A stretch of 64,000 nucleotides of DNA from Candidatus Magasanikbacteria bacterium CG_4_10_14_0_2_um_filter_33_14 (GTDB lineage: Bacteria > Patescibacteriota > Patescibacteriia > Magasanikbacterales > UBA922). Of the stretch, positions 1 to 10,185 are shown one piece after another. Each line of letters begins with the position of its first letter. The first letter of the stretch is position 1. The position numbers were made by a program, and so were the translations under genes. Location: contig PFPL01000045.1 in assembly GCA_002793035.1 (NCBI GenBank), positions 9,669 to 73,668 on the forward strand, read 5' to 3'. A model generated the notes under the pieces. The model was not told the origin of the DNA. It made no database searches and was given only the letters and a program-made list of their open reading frames with translations.

Positions 1-36
1 ATGATAAAACAAAGATTATATAGTAATGCCGTCTAA
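1..36 (+). CDS. dnaA: 3' end of probable chromosomal replication initiator DnaA (truncated by window)
   Basis: Frame reads IKQRLYSNAV*, resembling a DnaA C-terminus; directly upstream of a DnaA-box region and dnaN. Confidence 0.55.
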   Translation: MIKQRLYSNAV

Positions 37-370
37 TAATTTCTTTCATTGTCAAATTCCTCAAGAAACTTTTTGAGGAATCTATCAAAAAAAGAAAAAT
101 AAATATCAAAAAACTGTACACAAAACTGTAGATAAACATCAAATAAGACTGTTAACAATAAAAATTAAATACACAGTGAATCCACAGAAAAAATGAACAA
201 AAAAAGTTATCCAAAATCAACCAACATTTTACAACACACATTATAAACAACTACCAACAACAAATTATTGCTCAACAAAAACAAAATAACCACTTTTCCA
301 CTCTGTACACAGGCCCTATAGTTTACTACTGGTTATATAAATATATATATACTAATAAAACAACAAACAT
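37..370. other. Probable oriC (dnaA-dnaN intergenic)
   Basis: Degenerate DnaA boxes (ttatccaaa 207-215, ttataaaca 241-249, ttttccact 294-302, ctgtacaca 303-311), then ggccc, trio-like tatagtttactact and an AT-rich tract, as in the Bacillus-type basal unwinding system. The region is C-rich while later intergenic DNA is G/T-rich. Confidence 0.7.
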
Positions 371-1498
371 ATGAAATTCACATGCACAAAAGAAAACCTA
401 GAATATTCTTTGAGTCTCGTGAGTTCTCTAGCTAGTAAACATACAAACTTACCAATCCTGAGTAACGTGCTAATAAAAGCAACTGATTCAGGGATAGAAA
501 TAAGTTCCACTAACTTGGAGATAGCTATCAAAACACAGCTACGTGCCATGGTAGAACAAACTGGTTCTTTTACCGTCCCTGCAAAAACTCTGACTGACTA
601 TGTCCGTCTGCTTACCAACGAGCAAGTAGAAATTAGTTTGTCAGAAAATGAACTCTTGGTAACCTGTGGCAATTCAAGTACAAAAATAAAAGGTTCTTCT
701 GATGAAGATTATCCTATTTTGCCCGAAGTAGAAGAAATAAATTCTTATGTTTTGAAAGTAGACGATTTGAAAAGTGCTATCAGCAAAGTAATAATTGCTG
801 TAGCAAAAAATGAAATTCGTCCGGAACTGTCAGGTCTTTTTTGTTCATTTTTTACTGAAAAATTTGAAGGAATGATTTTGGCAGCTACTGATTCTTATCG
901 ATTAGCCGAAGCACGTCTGAAAGTCTCACAAGGGGAAACTAGAGAGGTAAAATGTATTATACCGTCTAGGGTCGCTTATGAGATAAACAGGCTCTTACAA
1001 GCTGCCAAAAGCCATGGAGGTGAAGAAAATGTACGTTTTTGGGTAAGTGAAAATCAGATAGCTATTCGCTATGATAATTTCGAGATGACTAGTCGTCTTA
1101 TCGAAGGTCGTTATCCTGATTATACTCAAATTATCCCAAATGATTTCAAAACCTCAGCTACCTTTCCACTCGACGTCATGGTGAACAAAATAAAAGCTGC
1201 TAGTTTATTTACTTCTTCTGGTGTAAATGCTGTTTCTTTTGATCTAAATGTAAAAGAAAAAAATATAGATGTCTCTTCTTCTAGTACACAAGCAGGTGAA
1301 CATACTTCTGCTATTGATGTAGAAATTGAAGGAGAAGAAAATTCAATATTACTCAATCACAGTTATGTGTTAGATGGACTTTCTCATATGGAAAGTGAAC
1401 ACGTTGTCTTTGGTGTAAATAGCAAAGACTCTCCTTGTATTTTTCGTCCTGAAGGCAAAGATAATTATTTGTATATTGTCATGCCTATTCGTCAGTAA
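371..1498 (+). CDS. dnaN: DNA polymerase III beta sliding clamp
   Basis: LPILSNVLI, ATDSYRLA, IEGRYPDY and C-terminal YIVMPIR motifs; 375 aa. Confidence 0.98.
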   Translation: MKFTCTKENLEYSLSLVSSLASKHTNLPILSNVLIKATDSGIEISSTNLEIAIKTQLRAMVEQTGSFTVPAKTLTDYVRLLTNEQVEISLSENELLVTCGNSSTKIKGSSDEDYPILPEVEEINSYVLKVDDLKSAISKVIIAVAKNEIRPELSGLFCSFFTEKFEGMILAATDSYRLAEARLKVSQGETREVKCIIPSRVAYEINRLLQAAKSHGGEENVRFWVSENQIAIRYDNFEMTSRLIEGRYPDYTQIIPNDFKTSATFPLDVMVNKIKAASLFTSSGVNAVSFDLNVKEKNIDVSSSSTQAGEHTSAIDVEIEGEENSILLNHSYVLDGLSHMESEHVVFGVNSKDSPCIFRPEGKDNYLYIVMPIRQ

Positions 1499-1570
1499 TT
1501 TTTAAATACTAAATCTTTCCCATCTTGGGAAGATTGTGGTTTTTAAAATTACATTGAAATTTGTTTAAAA

Positions 1571-1603
1571 CAAAAACAATTCCAACTTATCGGAATTGTT
1601 TTT
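1571..1603. terminator. Bidirectional intrinsic terminator
   Basis: aaaaacaattcc...ggaattgttttt hairpin between convergent genes. Confidence 0.7.
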
Positions 1604-1643
1604 GTGGTTTTAATTATGTTTTATATATTAAATAATTTATTAT

Positions 1644-2621
1644 TTAATAAGCAGTTGTTCTTGTTAAGTGATAAGGTCTGTCTTCTGGAAAATCTTTTCT
1701 ACCTTCTAACCATAAAGAATCATTGATTTGAATTGCTGTTATGTTTGGAAAATTTTCTTGTACTTTTTGTTTGATAATTTCATTGGCCCAGACAGTGTTT
1801 GCTCTGATTTCAATTTCTTCCTCACTATTTTTTTCTAATTCAATTTTATTGTCTATCTTGTGACTTAGAGATTCATCATATTCTAAAATACCAAGCCTGC
1901 GTAAAACAAAAGGAACTTTATAATCAGCACAAGCTGTAAGTTTGTTTGTATTTTTTATCTGACAAAATTCTTCTCTACAAACTTGAGATATATCATTGAT
2001 AAGGACTTGTGCTCTTTTATAAAAATATATTTTTTCTCCTTTATAAGTAGCCTCATCTTGAAAAGATGGGAAATATTTTATTAGTAAATCTAATAATTTT
2101 TGTGAATCATTTTGTGTTTGCTTTATTAAATTAGAAAAACTTCCTGAAAAATTTTCTAATAAACTTTTTCCTATCTCTCTAACAATTTGCAATCTTTCTT
2201 TAAATAAAGGTATTTGTATATTACCTTCCAAAATTTTTGCAAAATCATTTTCGTCTATTTCTGATAAATATTTGGCATCTAAAATTGGAAAATTGTTTTC
2301 TAGTGCTTTACCAAGAGAAGTAATCATACAATATGAACCTCCTTTTATTTCTTTGTCTTTGTAAGTTATTTGCCATTTTGGTTTGCCCCAATAAGAAAAA
2401 TTTATGGAATTAAAAATTAATAGAAAATTTAGAAGTTCTTCTGTTTTTATTTTTGTTAGAGTAAAAGGAGAATTAGCAAACCAGTGAGTGACATTTTTTT
2501 GTAAAAAATTATTAGAAAATTCAATTATTTTATTTTCATTTATTTTTACATGTTGTGATTGTTCACTTACAAAGTGACAAGATTCTAATATTTTATTCAT
2601 ATTATTTTTATTATCAATCAA
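1644..2621 (-). CDS. Queuosine nucleotide salvage hydrolase (Q_salvage/DUF2419, Qng1-like)
   Basis: NSINFSYW, FYKRAQ, ADYKVPxVLRxLGILEY, EIEIRA, DxLW and C-terminal PYHLTRTTAY motifs. Confidence 0.85.
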   Translation of the reverse strand: MIDNKNNMNKILESCHFVSEQSQHVKINENKIIEFSNNFLQKNVTHWFANSPFTLTKIKTEELLNFLLIFNSINFSYWGKPKWQITYKDKEIKGGSYCMITSLGKALENNFPILDAKYLSEIDENDFAKILEGNIQIPLFKERLQIVREIGKSLLENFSGSFSNLIKQTQNDSQKLLDLLIKYFPSFQDEATYKGEKIYFYKRAQVLINDISQVCREEFCQIKNTNKLTACADYKVPFVLRRLGILEYDESLSHKIDNKIELEKNSEEEIEIRANTVWANEIIKQKVQENFPNITAIQINDSLWLEGRKDFPEDRPYHLTRTTAY

Positions 2622-2690
2622 TTATAATATAGAGTATTAAATTTGTAAAACAAAACAAAAACCACCGTTTGTACGATGGTTTTTTATTTT

Positions 2691-5531
2691 TTATTTTATC
2701 TCAGTATTCACACTTGTTACACTTATATTATCATCTTGATCTAGAGTTTCTGCTATTAGTTTGTATTGACCTTTGGCAGGAGCTTCTCTCCAGTTTATAA
2801 TCAACTGATTGTTTATTAGATTTCCAAAATTTGTTACTTCTCCAATCAAATTTTTATTTATACCTTGTTCATAATATAGGGATACTTTTTGGAAACTTTC
2901 CAATTTTATTGGTTTGAGTACAATAGCTTTTGGAAAATTGGAAATTTCAATAGAACTATAATCTCCTTGAAAGATGGCTTGAGATTTTACTTCTTCAGCG
3001 CTTAAACTGAATTTTACATCTTGATATCTTTTGTTGCCAATATCATCTTCTACAATTATTGTTAGTTTGTGTTCACCAGGACTTTGTTCTTGCATGTAGT
3101 AGTGTAAGTTGAAAGGGTGTGATGTCTCTACTCCAACATAGACATCATCTATTTTATAACTTACTTTGGCAACACCTCTTGGTGCACTAAAACGAATATC
3201 AGTATCAAGCTGTCTGTCGTACACATTTTGTCCTTCAGTAGGGTACACAACCTCCATACTTGGTATAAGATCTAGACTGTGGGCATCATCATATTCTGTT
3301 GGTGGTTCATCGAAGCTAAAATTCCAATCAGGGTTTGCTTCTTTGTTTCTTGTTATCCAATCTTGTATACCTTGTTCCCAAGCTTCATACTGTGGATCGC
3401 TAGCTGGATTTTCTGGTGCGTCTCCACGAGGATCATCTTTTTTCACGTAGTAAAGAATAGAATGTGGTTGGATAAAAGTCTTTTCTTCTATATATTCGGC
3501 AGGTGTAGAACTTGTTGCAATTTTGCCTGTGGCTTTGTCTACTTGAAGAGTAATTTTACCACCTTCTGATCCTCGGAGTACTGGTTTTTGTGCATCATTT
3601 TCTGGTAAAGCTGGGAAGCTTTCAACAGCAGATCCTTCCAAAGCTTGTTTCATATAACTATTCCAAATTTTGGCAGCGACCATACTACCACCAAAACCAC
3701 GTTTCATAGGAGTATTATCTGTATTTCCTGCCCAGACACCGGTGACAATTGATGGTGTATATCCAATTGTCCAAGCATCTACATAACCATTTGTGGTACC
3801 TGTTTTGGCCGCTACAGGTCTACCTGGCAATGTTAGCACTCCACCTGCTCCAAAAGCATAAGCACGTGCAGGATCATCACTCAAAATGTTGGAGATACTA
3901 TCAGCTACTTTTTCATCGAGCACTCTTTCACCTTTTTGATTTTTCCATTCTTCCAAAACTTTGCCGTTGGAATCTTCCACTTTTAGAATACTATTGATAT
4001 CGTGTCTATAACCTCTATCTGCAAAAACAGCAAAGGCATTTGTATGTTCAATAAGTTTTACTTCTCCTCCACCAAGAACAAGTGACAAACCAAAGTTTCC
4101 ATTACTCAAAGTGGTATAACCCATTTTTTCAGAAAATTTTTCTGCACCACCTTCTCCAACTAGATACATCATTTTGACAGCTGGAATATTTAGAGATCCT
4201 TGTAGTGCTTGGCGAACAGTGATAGGACCATGCTCTTTCAAATCATAATTTTTTGGAATGTAATCTCTTCCAGAAGAAGCAAAATTGGTAACTGTATCAA
4301 AGAGGACTGTGTCTGGTGTATAACCTTTTTCAAACCCTGCGGCATAGACAATTGGTTTGAAAGAAGAACCTGGTTGTCTATTTCCTAGTGTAGCTACATT
4401 GAATTGTCCATCTATTGAATCATCAAAAAAATCTTTGGAACCTATCATGGCTAAAATTTGTCCTGTTTTTGGATCGATAGAAACAAGAGATGTGTTGTCG
4501 GCATCTGCAGCGGATAATATATCGCCAGCTTCTTCGTCTATTACTTTTTGAGCGACTTCTTGTTTGTCCCAATCTAGAGTTGTAATAACTTTTAGACCAC
4601 CTGTGTCTACGGTACTTTCTCCATATTTTGAAACCAATTGTTCTTTGACATAAAGAACAAAGTGAGGTGCTTCAATATTATTGAAAGTTTGTTTTATTAT
4701 CAATTCTTCTGCCTGAGCCTCTTCCATAGCTTCTTTTGTGATGTAGCCTTCAGCTTGCATTCTACTCAATACAAAGTCACGGCGTTTTTTTAGAGCTTCA
4801 TGATTGTTTAGATATGTTGAAGGTGCTTTTGGTAGACCTGCTAAGGTAGCTGATTCAGCTAGATCAAGTTCACTGACATGTTTACCAAAATAACTTTGGG
4901 ATGCGGACTCTACACCATAGTTGCTAGAACCATAAGGAATTTCGTTGAAATAAATTTTTAGTATTTGATCTTTGCTATATTTTTGTTCTAGCTTGATAGT
5001 CATTACGGCTTCTTTTATTTTACGTAAGATAGAATGTTCATTGGTAAGAATAGCATTTTTGACAAGTTGTTGTGTTAGTGTGGAAGCACCACTACCAATA
5101 CTTTTTTTGGTGAAAATACCGACTATAATAGAACGTAAAATGGACATAGGTCTAATACCTTTGTGTTCATAAAATTTTGTATCTTCTGTTGCTACTAAAC
5201 CATTTATTAAATCTTTTGGAATCTTATCTAATTCTACAATTGTACGTTTTTCATCACCAAATATTTCATAGAGAAGATGTTCACCTGTTCTATCATAAAT
5301 CTTGGTACTTTGAGCTACTGTTCTATCTGTGAGTTTGTCTGGATCTGGTAGATCTTTACTAACCCAAGCTGTAAGTATTGTGAGAAATAAAAAACTAAAA
5401 ACAGCAACGAAAAGAGAAAAATATATTACAAATTTTTTGATTTTTCTTTTTAGTTCAGAATCTTTTTTGTTTTTATTTTTTTTATTTTTTAAATAGCCGT
5501 AGGAACGCTTATTTAGTTGTGGAATAGGCAT
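2691..5531 (-). CDS. Bifunctional penicillin-binding protein (PBP1A family) with C-terminal Ig-like domain
   Basis: N-terminal TM; transglycosylase EDxxFYEHxG and GASTLTQQLVKN; transpeptidase SSFK, SLN and KTG. ATG at 5531 preferred as start. Confidence 0.95.
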   Translation of the reverse strand: MPIPQLNKRSYGYLKNKKNKNKKDSELKRKIKKFVIYFSLFVAVFSFLFLTILTAWVSKDLPDPDKLTDRTVAQSTKIYDRTGEHLLYEIFGDEKRTIVELDKIPKDLINGLVATEDTKFYEHKGIRPMSILRSIIVGIFTKKSIGSGASTLTQQLVKNAILTNEHSILRKIKEAVMTIKLEQKYSKDQILKIYFNEIPYGSSNYGVESASQSYFGKHVSELDLAESATLAGLPKAPSTYLNNHEALKKRRDFVLSRMQAEGYITKEAMEEAQAEELIIKQTFNNIEAPHFVLYVKEQLVSKYGESTVDTGGLKVITTLDWDKQEVAQKVIDEEAGDILSAADADNTSLVSIDPKTGQILAMIGSKDFFDDSIDGQFNVATLGNRQPGSSFKPIVYAAGFEKGYTPDTVLFDTVTNFASSGRDYIPKNYDLKEHGPITVRQALQGSLNIPAVKMMYLVGEGGAEKFSEKMGYTTLSNGNFGLSLVLGGGEVKLIEHTNAFAVFADRGYRHDINSILKVEDSNGKVLEEWKNQKGERVLDEKVADSISNILSDDPARAYAFGAGGVLTLPGRPVAAKTGTTNGYVDAWTIGYTPSIVTGVWAGNTDNTPMKRGFGGSMVAAKIWNSYMKQALEGSAVESFPALPENDAQKPVLRGSEGGKITLQVDKATGKIATSSTPAEYIEEKTFIQPHSILYYVKKDDPRGDAPENPASDPQYEAWEQGIQDWITRNKEANPDWNFSFDEPPTEYDDAHSLDLIPSMEVVYPTEGQNVYDRQLDTDIRFSAPRGVAKVSYKIDDVYVGVETSHPFNLHYYMQEQSPGEHKLTIIVEDDIGNKRYQDVKFSLSAEEVKSQAIFQGDYSSIEISNFPKAIVLKPIKLESFQKVSLYYEQGINKNLIGEVTNFGNLINNQLIINWREAPAKGQYKLIAETLDQDDNISVTSVNTEIK

Positions 5532-5604
5532 AAAATTGTTTTCTAAATTCTTAAAATTGAGAGTCAGAAATTTGACAATCAATTGTTGATATTGTATCAG
5601 ACTA

Positions 5605-5633
5605 TTGACAAAAACACCATATTATGGTACAAT
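5605..5633 (+). promoter_or_regulatory. Sigma70 promoter of the 3D-domain gene
   Basis: TTGACA-17 bp-TACAAT. Confidence 0.7.
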
Positions 5634-5736
5634 AGGGCGTCGGTAAATAAAGGTACTTTGATTATAAGGTATCTTTTTGTTTTAGAGGATTCCATTTCTT
5701 TGAAACAATGAATTTTTACCTAAAATAAGCAAAAAT

Positions 5737-6282
5737 ATGAAATTTTCTTTCAAAAAAGTGCTAAGTAGACAGGTTTTTGAGGTAAGTATTTCGTTTGTTA
5801 TTGTTATCTCTTTCTTTACAAGTACTCTATTACCTCAAGTTGTAGATGCTCAAACTGGATTTTTCGCTAATCTTAGCGGAATATTCTCAAAAGATGATAT
5901 TTCTGAAGAAATTTTAGAAAATTCAGCTCTTTTCCCAGATCTTGAAGACGCTGAACCAAGAAAAATAGTTTATTCTGTCATGACCGCTTACTCTAGTGAA
6001 GCTGCTCAAACAGATGATTCACCTTGTATCCCTGCTGATTATAAATATAATTTGTGTGAACATTACGAACAAGAAGGTGAACAAAATAGTATTGCTGCCA
6101 ACTTTTTGCCTATGGGTACAAAAGTACGTTTTCCAGATCTATATGGTGATAAAATCTTCGTTGTTCGTGATCGTATGAATGCTAGATATGGATATGGTAG
6201 AGGAGATATTTGGATGCCTACCAAGGCTGAAGCTATTTCTTTTGGGGTCAAAAGAGTGAAGATGGAAATCTTTTATAGATAA
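5737..6282 (+). CDS. Secreted 3D-domain (MltA-like) peptidoglycan protein
   Basis: Signal/TM segment; TAYSS..QTDDSP, AANFLPMGTKV, VRDRM and DIW motifs. Confidence 0.85.
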   Translation: MKFSFKKVLSRQVFEVSISFVIVISFFTSTLLPQVVDAQTGFFANLSGIFSKDDISEEILENSALFPDLEDAEPRKIVYSVMTAYSSEAAQTDDSPCIPADYKYNLCEHYEQEGEQNSIAANFLPMGTKVRFPDLYGDKIFVVRDRMNARYGYGRGDIWMPTKAEAISFGVKRVKMEIFYR

Positions 6283-6412
6283 AATTCACGAAAACATAAA
6301 AACACTAAAACAAAAAAACAATCCCAATAAAATTGGGATTGTTTTTATTTTGAAATTTTGATATTAAAAACTGTTTGGAAATTAAAAATTCCTAAATTTA
6401 GGAATTTTTATA

Positions 6413-6469
6413 GAGGTACCGGCGAGAATCGCCCCGCCCTTCGCGAAGGGCGGGGGTTGCAGACTCTGC
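6413..6469 (-). pseudogene. Degenerate partial copy of tRNA-Cys interrupted by a GC palindrome
   Basis: gaggtaccggcgagaatcg and ttgcagac are identical to the adjacent tRNA-Cys; the middle is replaced by ccccgcccttcgcgaagggcgggg. Confidence 0.75.
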
Positions 6470-6487
6470 TTTAATTTTAAGTTTGTT

Positions 6488-6562
6488 TGGAGGTACCGGC
6501 GAGAATCGAACTCACGAATAGAGGTTTTGCAGACCCCTGCCTTACCGCTTGGCTACGGTACC
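6488..6562 (-). tRNA. tRNA-Cys(GCA)
   Basis: Cloverleaf GGTACCG...CGGTACC-T-CCA, anticodon GCA, T-loop GTTCGATT. Confidence 0.97.
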
Positions 6563-6827
6563 ATAATATTTTTTACCCAGCTATGATAACACAAAATCTT
6601 TTTAATTTCAATAGTTTACAATTTGTAAAGATAATCTTAACAAAAAGTTATATACATGTTATAGTATGCTGTTCCGTTTTATACGGATAAGTACATTACA
6701 AAAGATAGTTTTAGTGGAGTTTTTTGTCGGTAGGGGATTTTTGTTTCTTTTTTTAAGATATAGAAATCCCCATTCCGACAGGATAATTCTGTTCGGATTT
6801 TACTTTCCAGGGGGAAAGGAGTTTGCC

Positions 6828-7889
6828 GTGATTCTCAATTTCCGTTTCTTGAGCACTCTCGTGCTCATGGCGTTCTTCGTCCTCGTCTCGGCTTGCCGAT
6901 CGGGTGAAGAGGATACTTTCAACAAAGAACTGCTGAGCAACTCGGCTACGGTCGTCAAGCAGCCAAAACCTCAGTGGGGAGGCGCCAAGGAAGACCGCGA
7001 CCAGTGGGGTGAGAGCTCCAAGCCGGAGATGGTTGAGTGCCCTCTCGACCACAATAACCGGTTCAATAAACATTGGGATATGGTGTCCTCTGACACTTGT
7101 CTGGCGCGTGTTCGTCATTCTTCCCCCTCCTACCTCAAGCTACAGCAGGAGAACGACGAGCGTGTCAAGTTGGAGGCACAGCAGAAGACTCATGAAGAGC
7201 ATGAGAAGGCTCGTCGCATCGAAGAAAGGAAGGTGCTCGTAGAGCGTCTCAAGACTTGCTTCGACAAGGAAGATAGTCGTCCTCAGTGGCGACAGGATGT
7301 CGAGTTTGGACTTCGTGCCAAGGACGTTCTTCTCGAGGTGCAGTACGACGACTACGTCGACAGCAAGGTCTATCCCTGCTATGACGACGCGAGGCTCTGC
7401 GTCAAGGATGTCGAGGGCTGTGAGCTCGTCGAGCAGTCCAAGAAGTACAACCTCGAGCGAGACAAGAACTTCGTCGCGCTTATTTGGAAGATTCTCAACT
7501 CCAAGGAGGAGATCGCTCCCCGACAGTTCTGTTGGGATGGATGCTCGGTCTTCTCGCGTGGTGATCTCGCTCGTAAGACGATGGTTGTCATGGAGAAGTA
7601 CGGGTGGACGCCTGAGGACTTCGGCTCCAAGACCGATGACTTCGTGGTGGCCATCAAGAAGAGTTATCAAGAGGCCTTCAAGTTCGCCACCCAGGACATT
7701 GAAGTCGTCTTCAAATGCAAAAAGGACGACCAGGAGGGAGTATTCCTCGACGAGGATTGTCAGTTTCTCGAAACTGAGCAATCCGATGTTTTGTCGGCTC
7801 TCTGTGACGAGTTCTTGAGAACGGCTTCCTTTGCTGGGCTGACCTCTGAGCAGATCAGCAAGCTCCATTGTGAGGGTTTTGACGAGTAG
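6828..7889 (+). CDS. GC-rich orphan lipoprotein (Cys-containing)
   Basis: AAGGAG SD before GTG at 6828; hydrophobic signal ending LVSA-C (lipobox-like); GC content and codon usage well above the flanks. Confidence 0.7.
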   Translation: MILNFRFLSTLVLMAFFVLVSACRSGEEDTFNKELLSNSATVVKQPKPQWGGAKEDRDQWGESSKPEMVECPLDHNNRFNKHWDMVSSDTCLARVRHSSPSYLKLQQENDERVKLEAQQKTHEEHEKARRIEERKVLVERLKTCFDKEDSRPQWRQDVEFGLRAKDVLLEVQYDDYVDSKVYPCYDDARLCVKDVEGCELVEQSKKYNLERDKNFVALIWKILNSKEEIAPRQFCWDGCSVFSRGDLARKTMVVMEKYGWTPEDFGSKTDDFVVAIKKSYQEAFKFATQDIEVVFKCKKDDQEGVFLDEDCQFLETEQSDVLSALCDEFLRTASFAGLTSEQISKLHCEGFDE

Positions 7890-8126
7890 ATCGTCGACAT
7901 TCTCCATCTAGACTATCTTTTGGAGGGGAGAACGGTAAACAGTGTAATATCTGTCCCGTTTTCCCATTCCATTCGACTATCTTTTTTATAAATTAGAAAA
8001 GATTGAGAAACAAAAAACTGCCTTAAAAAAGACGGTTTTTTGTTTTAGAGTAATTATTTTCTTTGAATTATTATGTCAATAAAAGGTTGAAAAATATCTT
8101 AAAATGAGTTATACTGCATCTCACTT

Positions 8127-9524
8127 ATGAATAAGACTTTTTACAAGCTATTGTTGTCTTTGTTGAAGGGCTTGGTTTTTTTGAAGAGAGCCTTGTTTTG
8201 GGTACTTGGATTTGTATGGAAGTTTTTACTTCTTATCAATGATTTGTATAAACATACCTTGGGTTTTGCTATTTTTAAAATATTTTTTTATATAAAAAAA
8301 TATTTTAATAAGTTTCGTTTTTTCAAACAAGAAAGTAAAATAGAATTTTTTGGTCGTAGAGGAACACTACAATTAGCTTTTTTTGTAGTGTTTTTTATTA
8401 TTATGATTCCACATACTCGTTTGTATAGTAAAGGCTTGGGAGAAATACCTGGTAGAAATTCTCTTTTTTATAGTGTTATTGATCATGGTGATCAAGATTT
8501 TTATGAAGATGAAATAGTAAATGTAGATATAAATGCTGGTCAAACGTCTATTGGTATTGATTGGAAATCGGGTAGTGTTTCTTCTCAAGATTTGAAAGAA
8601 GCTACAGGACAAAATAATTCAAACCAAGATTTGTTGGCACTCACTTCTGGTGGAACAGCTGTAACCAAACCAACTATAATACCTGGTGCTACTATTGTCT
8701 CAAATAATACTAACAATGATACTCAAATAATAAAAAATGGTTCGACAGAAATAAAAGAATATACCGTCCAAAATGGAGATGTGATTGGTGCTATTGCCGA
8801 AAAATTTGGTATTAGTGTTAGTACTATTTTGTGGGCCAATAATTTAAATAGTCGTTCCTATATTCGACCTGGACAGGTACTAACAATTTTACCAACTGAC
8901 GGAGTCACACACAAAGTAGTTGGTGGAGATACTGTTTCAAAAATTGCGAGACTCTATGATGCAGAAAGTGAAGATATTATAAAATTCAATAAATTAGAAG
9001 AAGGTGGTGCGGATATTGTAATAGGAGAAATGCTTATAATTCCTGGTGGAGAAAAACAAATAGCCGTAGTTGCTCCTTCTAAAACCACTGTGGTAACTCG
9101 TCCTTCTTCTTTTGACAATGTTGTACCTGTTTCTTCTCCGGAGACACCTGCTGGCTCTGGTTATTTGTGGCCAACCGATGCTCGTATTATTACTCAATAT
9201 TTTGGTCTTACTCACAATGCTATTGATATTGCTGGACCTATTGGTACGAGAATTTATGCAACAAAAGCGGGTAAAGTGATTACTTCACAATGTGGTTACA
9301 ATGGTGGTTATGGTTGTTATGTTAAGATTGATCATGGTAATGGAGTAATATCACTTTATGGTCATGCTTCAAAACTTCTGGTTAATCTCGGGGACTATGT
9401 TACTCAAGGTCAAAATATCATGTTGATGGGTTCTACTGGACGTTCTACTGGTCCTCATGTTCATTTTGAAATTCGTGTCAACGGACGAACGCAAAATCCT
9501 TTGTCTTATGTGAGAAAGCCGTAA
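8127..9524 (+). CDS. LysM x2 + M23 family peptidase
   Basis: YTVQNGD and HKVVGGDTV LysM repeats; HNAIDI, YGH and HVHFE M23 motifs. Confidence 0.95.
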   Translation: MNKTFYKLLLSLLKGLVFLKRALFWVLGFVWKFLLLINDLYKHTLGFAIFKIFFYIKKYFNKFRFFKQESKIEFFGRRGTLQLAFFVVFFIIMIPHTRLYSKGLGEIPGRNSLFYSVIDHGDQDFYEDEIVNVDINAGQTSIGIDWKSGSVSSQDLKEATGQNNSNQDLLALTSGGTAVTKPTIIPGATIVSNNTNNDTQIIKNGSTEIKEYTVQNGDVIGAIAEKFGISVSTILWANNLNSRSYIRPGQVLTILPTDGVTHKVVGGDTVSKIARLYDAESEDIIKFNKLEEGGADIVIGEMLIIPGGEKQIAVVAPSKTTVVTRPSSFDNVVPVSSPETPAGSGYLWPTDARIITQYFGLTHNAIDIAGPIGTRIYATKAGKVITSQCGYNGGYGCYVKIDHGNGVISLYGHASKLLVNLGDYVTQGQNIMLMGSTGRSTGPHVHFEIRVNGRTQNPLSYVRKP

Positions 9525-9607
9525 CGTGAGTTTATAAAGTTTTAAACTAAAAACAAAGACCACTATATTATTTAGAGTGGTCTTTTTTTGTGAAAAATAA
9601 TTTGATT

Positions 9608-9910
9608 TTAACTTTCTTCCAAAATTATTTTGTTTTGAAAGGTTCCTTTTTCTTCAGCTTTTGATTGTCTTGTTTTTTCTATATTTTCTTTGTCTATATT
9701 ATACAAATCGCAAAGAGCTAAAATTACTTCTTCTATATCAGCAAGTTCTTCTACATTTTTATCTGTCAAAAATTCTGTGACTTCTTCTTGTAATTTTTTT
9801 AGAAGTTTTTCTTCGTATTCTTTTTCATCAGCAATATGAATTTTGTATTTTACTTTTTTATCATCCAAAATTTTTGGAATTTTGTCACGGATTAGTTTGT
9901 TGTATTTCAT
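9608..9910 (-). CDS. MazG-like nucleoside triphosphate pyrophosphohydrolase
   Basis: YNKLIRDKIP, KLQEEVTEF and EELADIEEV motifs. Confidence 0.85.
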   Translation of the reverse strand: MKYNKLIRDKIPKILDDKKVKYKIHIADEKEYEEKLLKKLQEEVTEFLTDKNVEELADIEEVILALCDLYNIDKENIEKTRQSKAEEKGTFQNKIILEES

Positions 9911-10018
9911 AAAAATTTAAATTATATAAAAAGTATATCTTTATTTATCTTGATGTGTCAAATAAAATTAAACAAACAAAAAAAGAACTTTTTGGTTCTT
10001 ATATTTTTTATGGGGGTG

Positions 10019-10055
10019 CCTGCGAGGAAAAAGAAAAGTTCTCTTTCCTCGCAGG
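10019..10055. repeat. GC-rich palindromic hairpin
   Basis: cctgcgaggaaa-N13-tttcctcgcagg, 12-bp perfect stem. Confidence 0.7.
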
Positions 10056-10185
10056 ACTTGGTTGTTGGTCCCTGTTTAGTTGTGTGTGATCCACTGGTAG
10101 CAATACTTAATGATTTTTTTGATGTTAAAAAAACTTTGTGTTATAATCAAATAAATTTTACAAATTAATTTTTTAAGGAGGGCAT

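Noticed and set aside
7009-7907. Long alternative-frame and antisense ORFs (e.g. 7140-7907 minus, 255 aa)
   Set aside because: Shadow ORFs expected from GC-rich codon bias; the plus-strand lipoprotein frame has an SD and a signal peptide.
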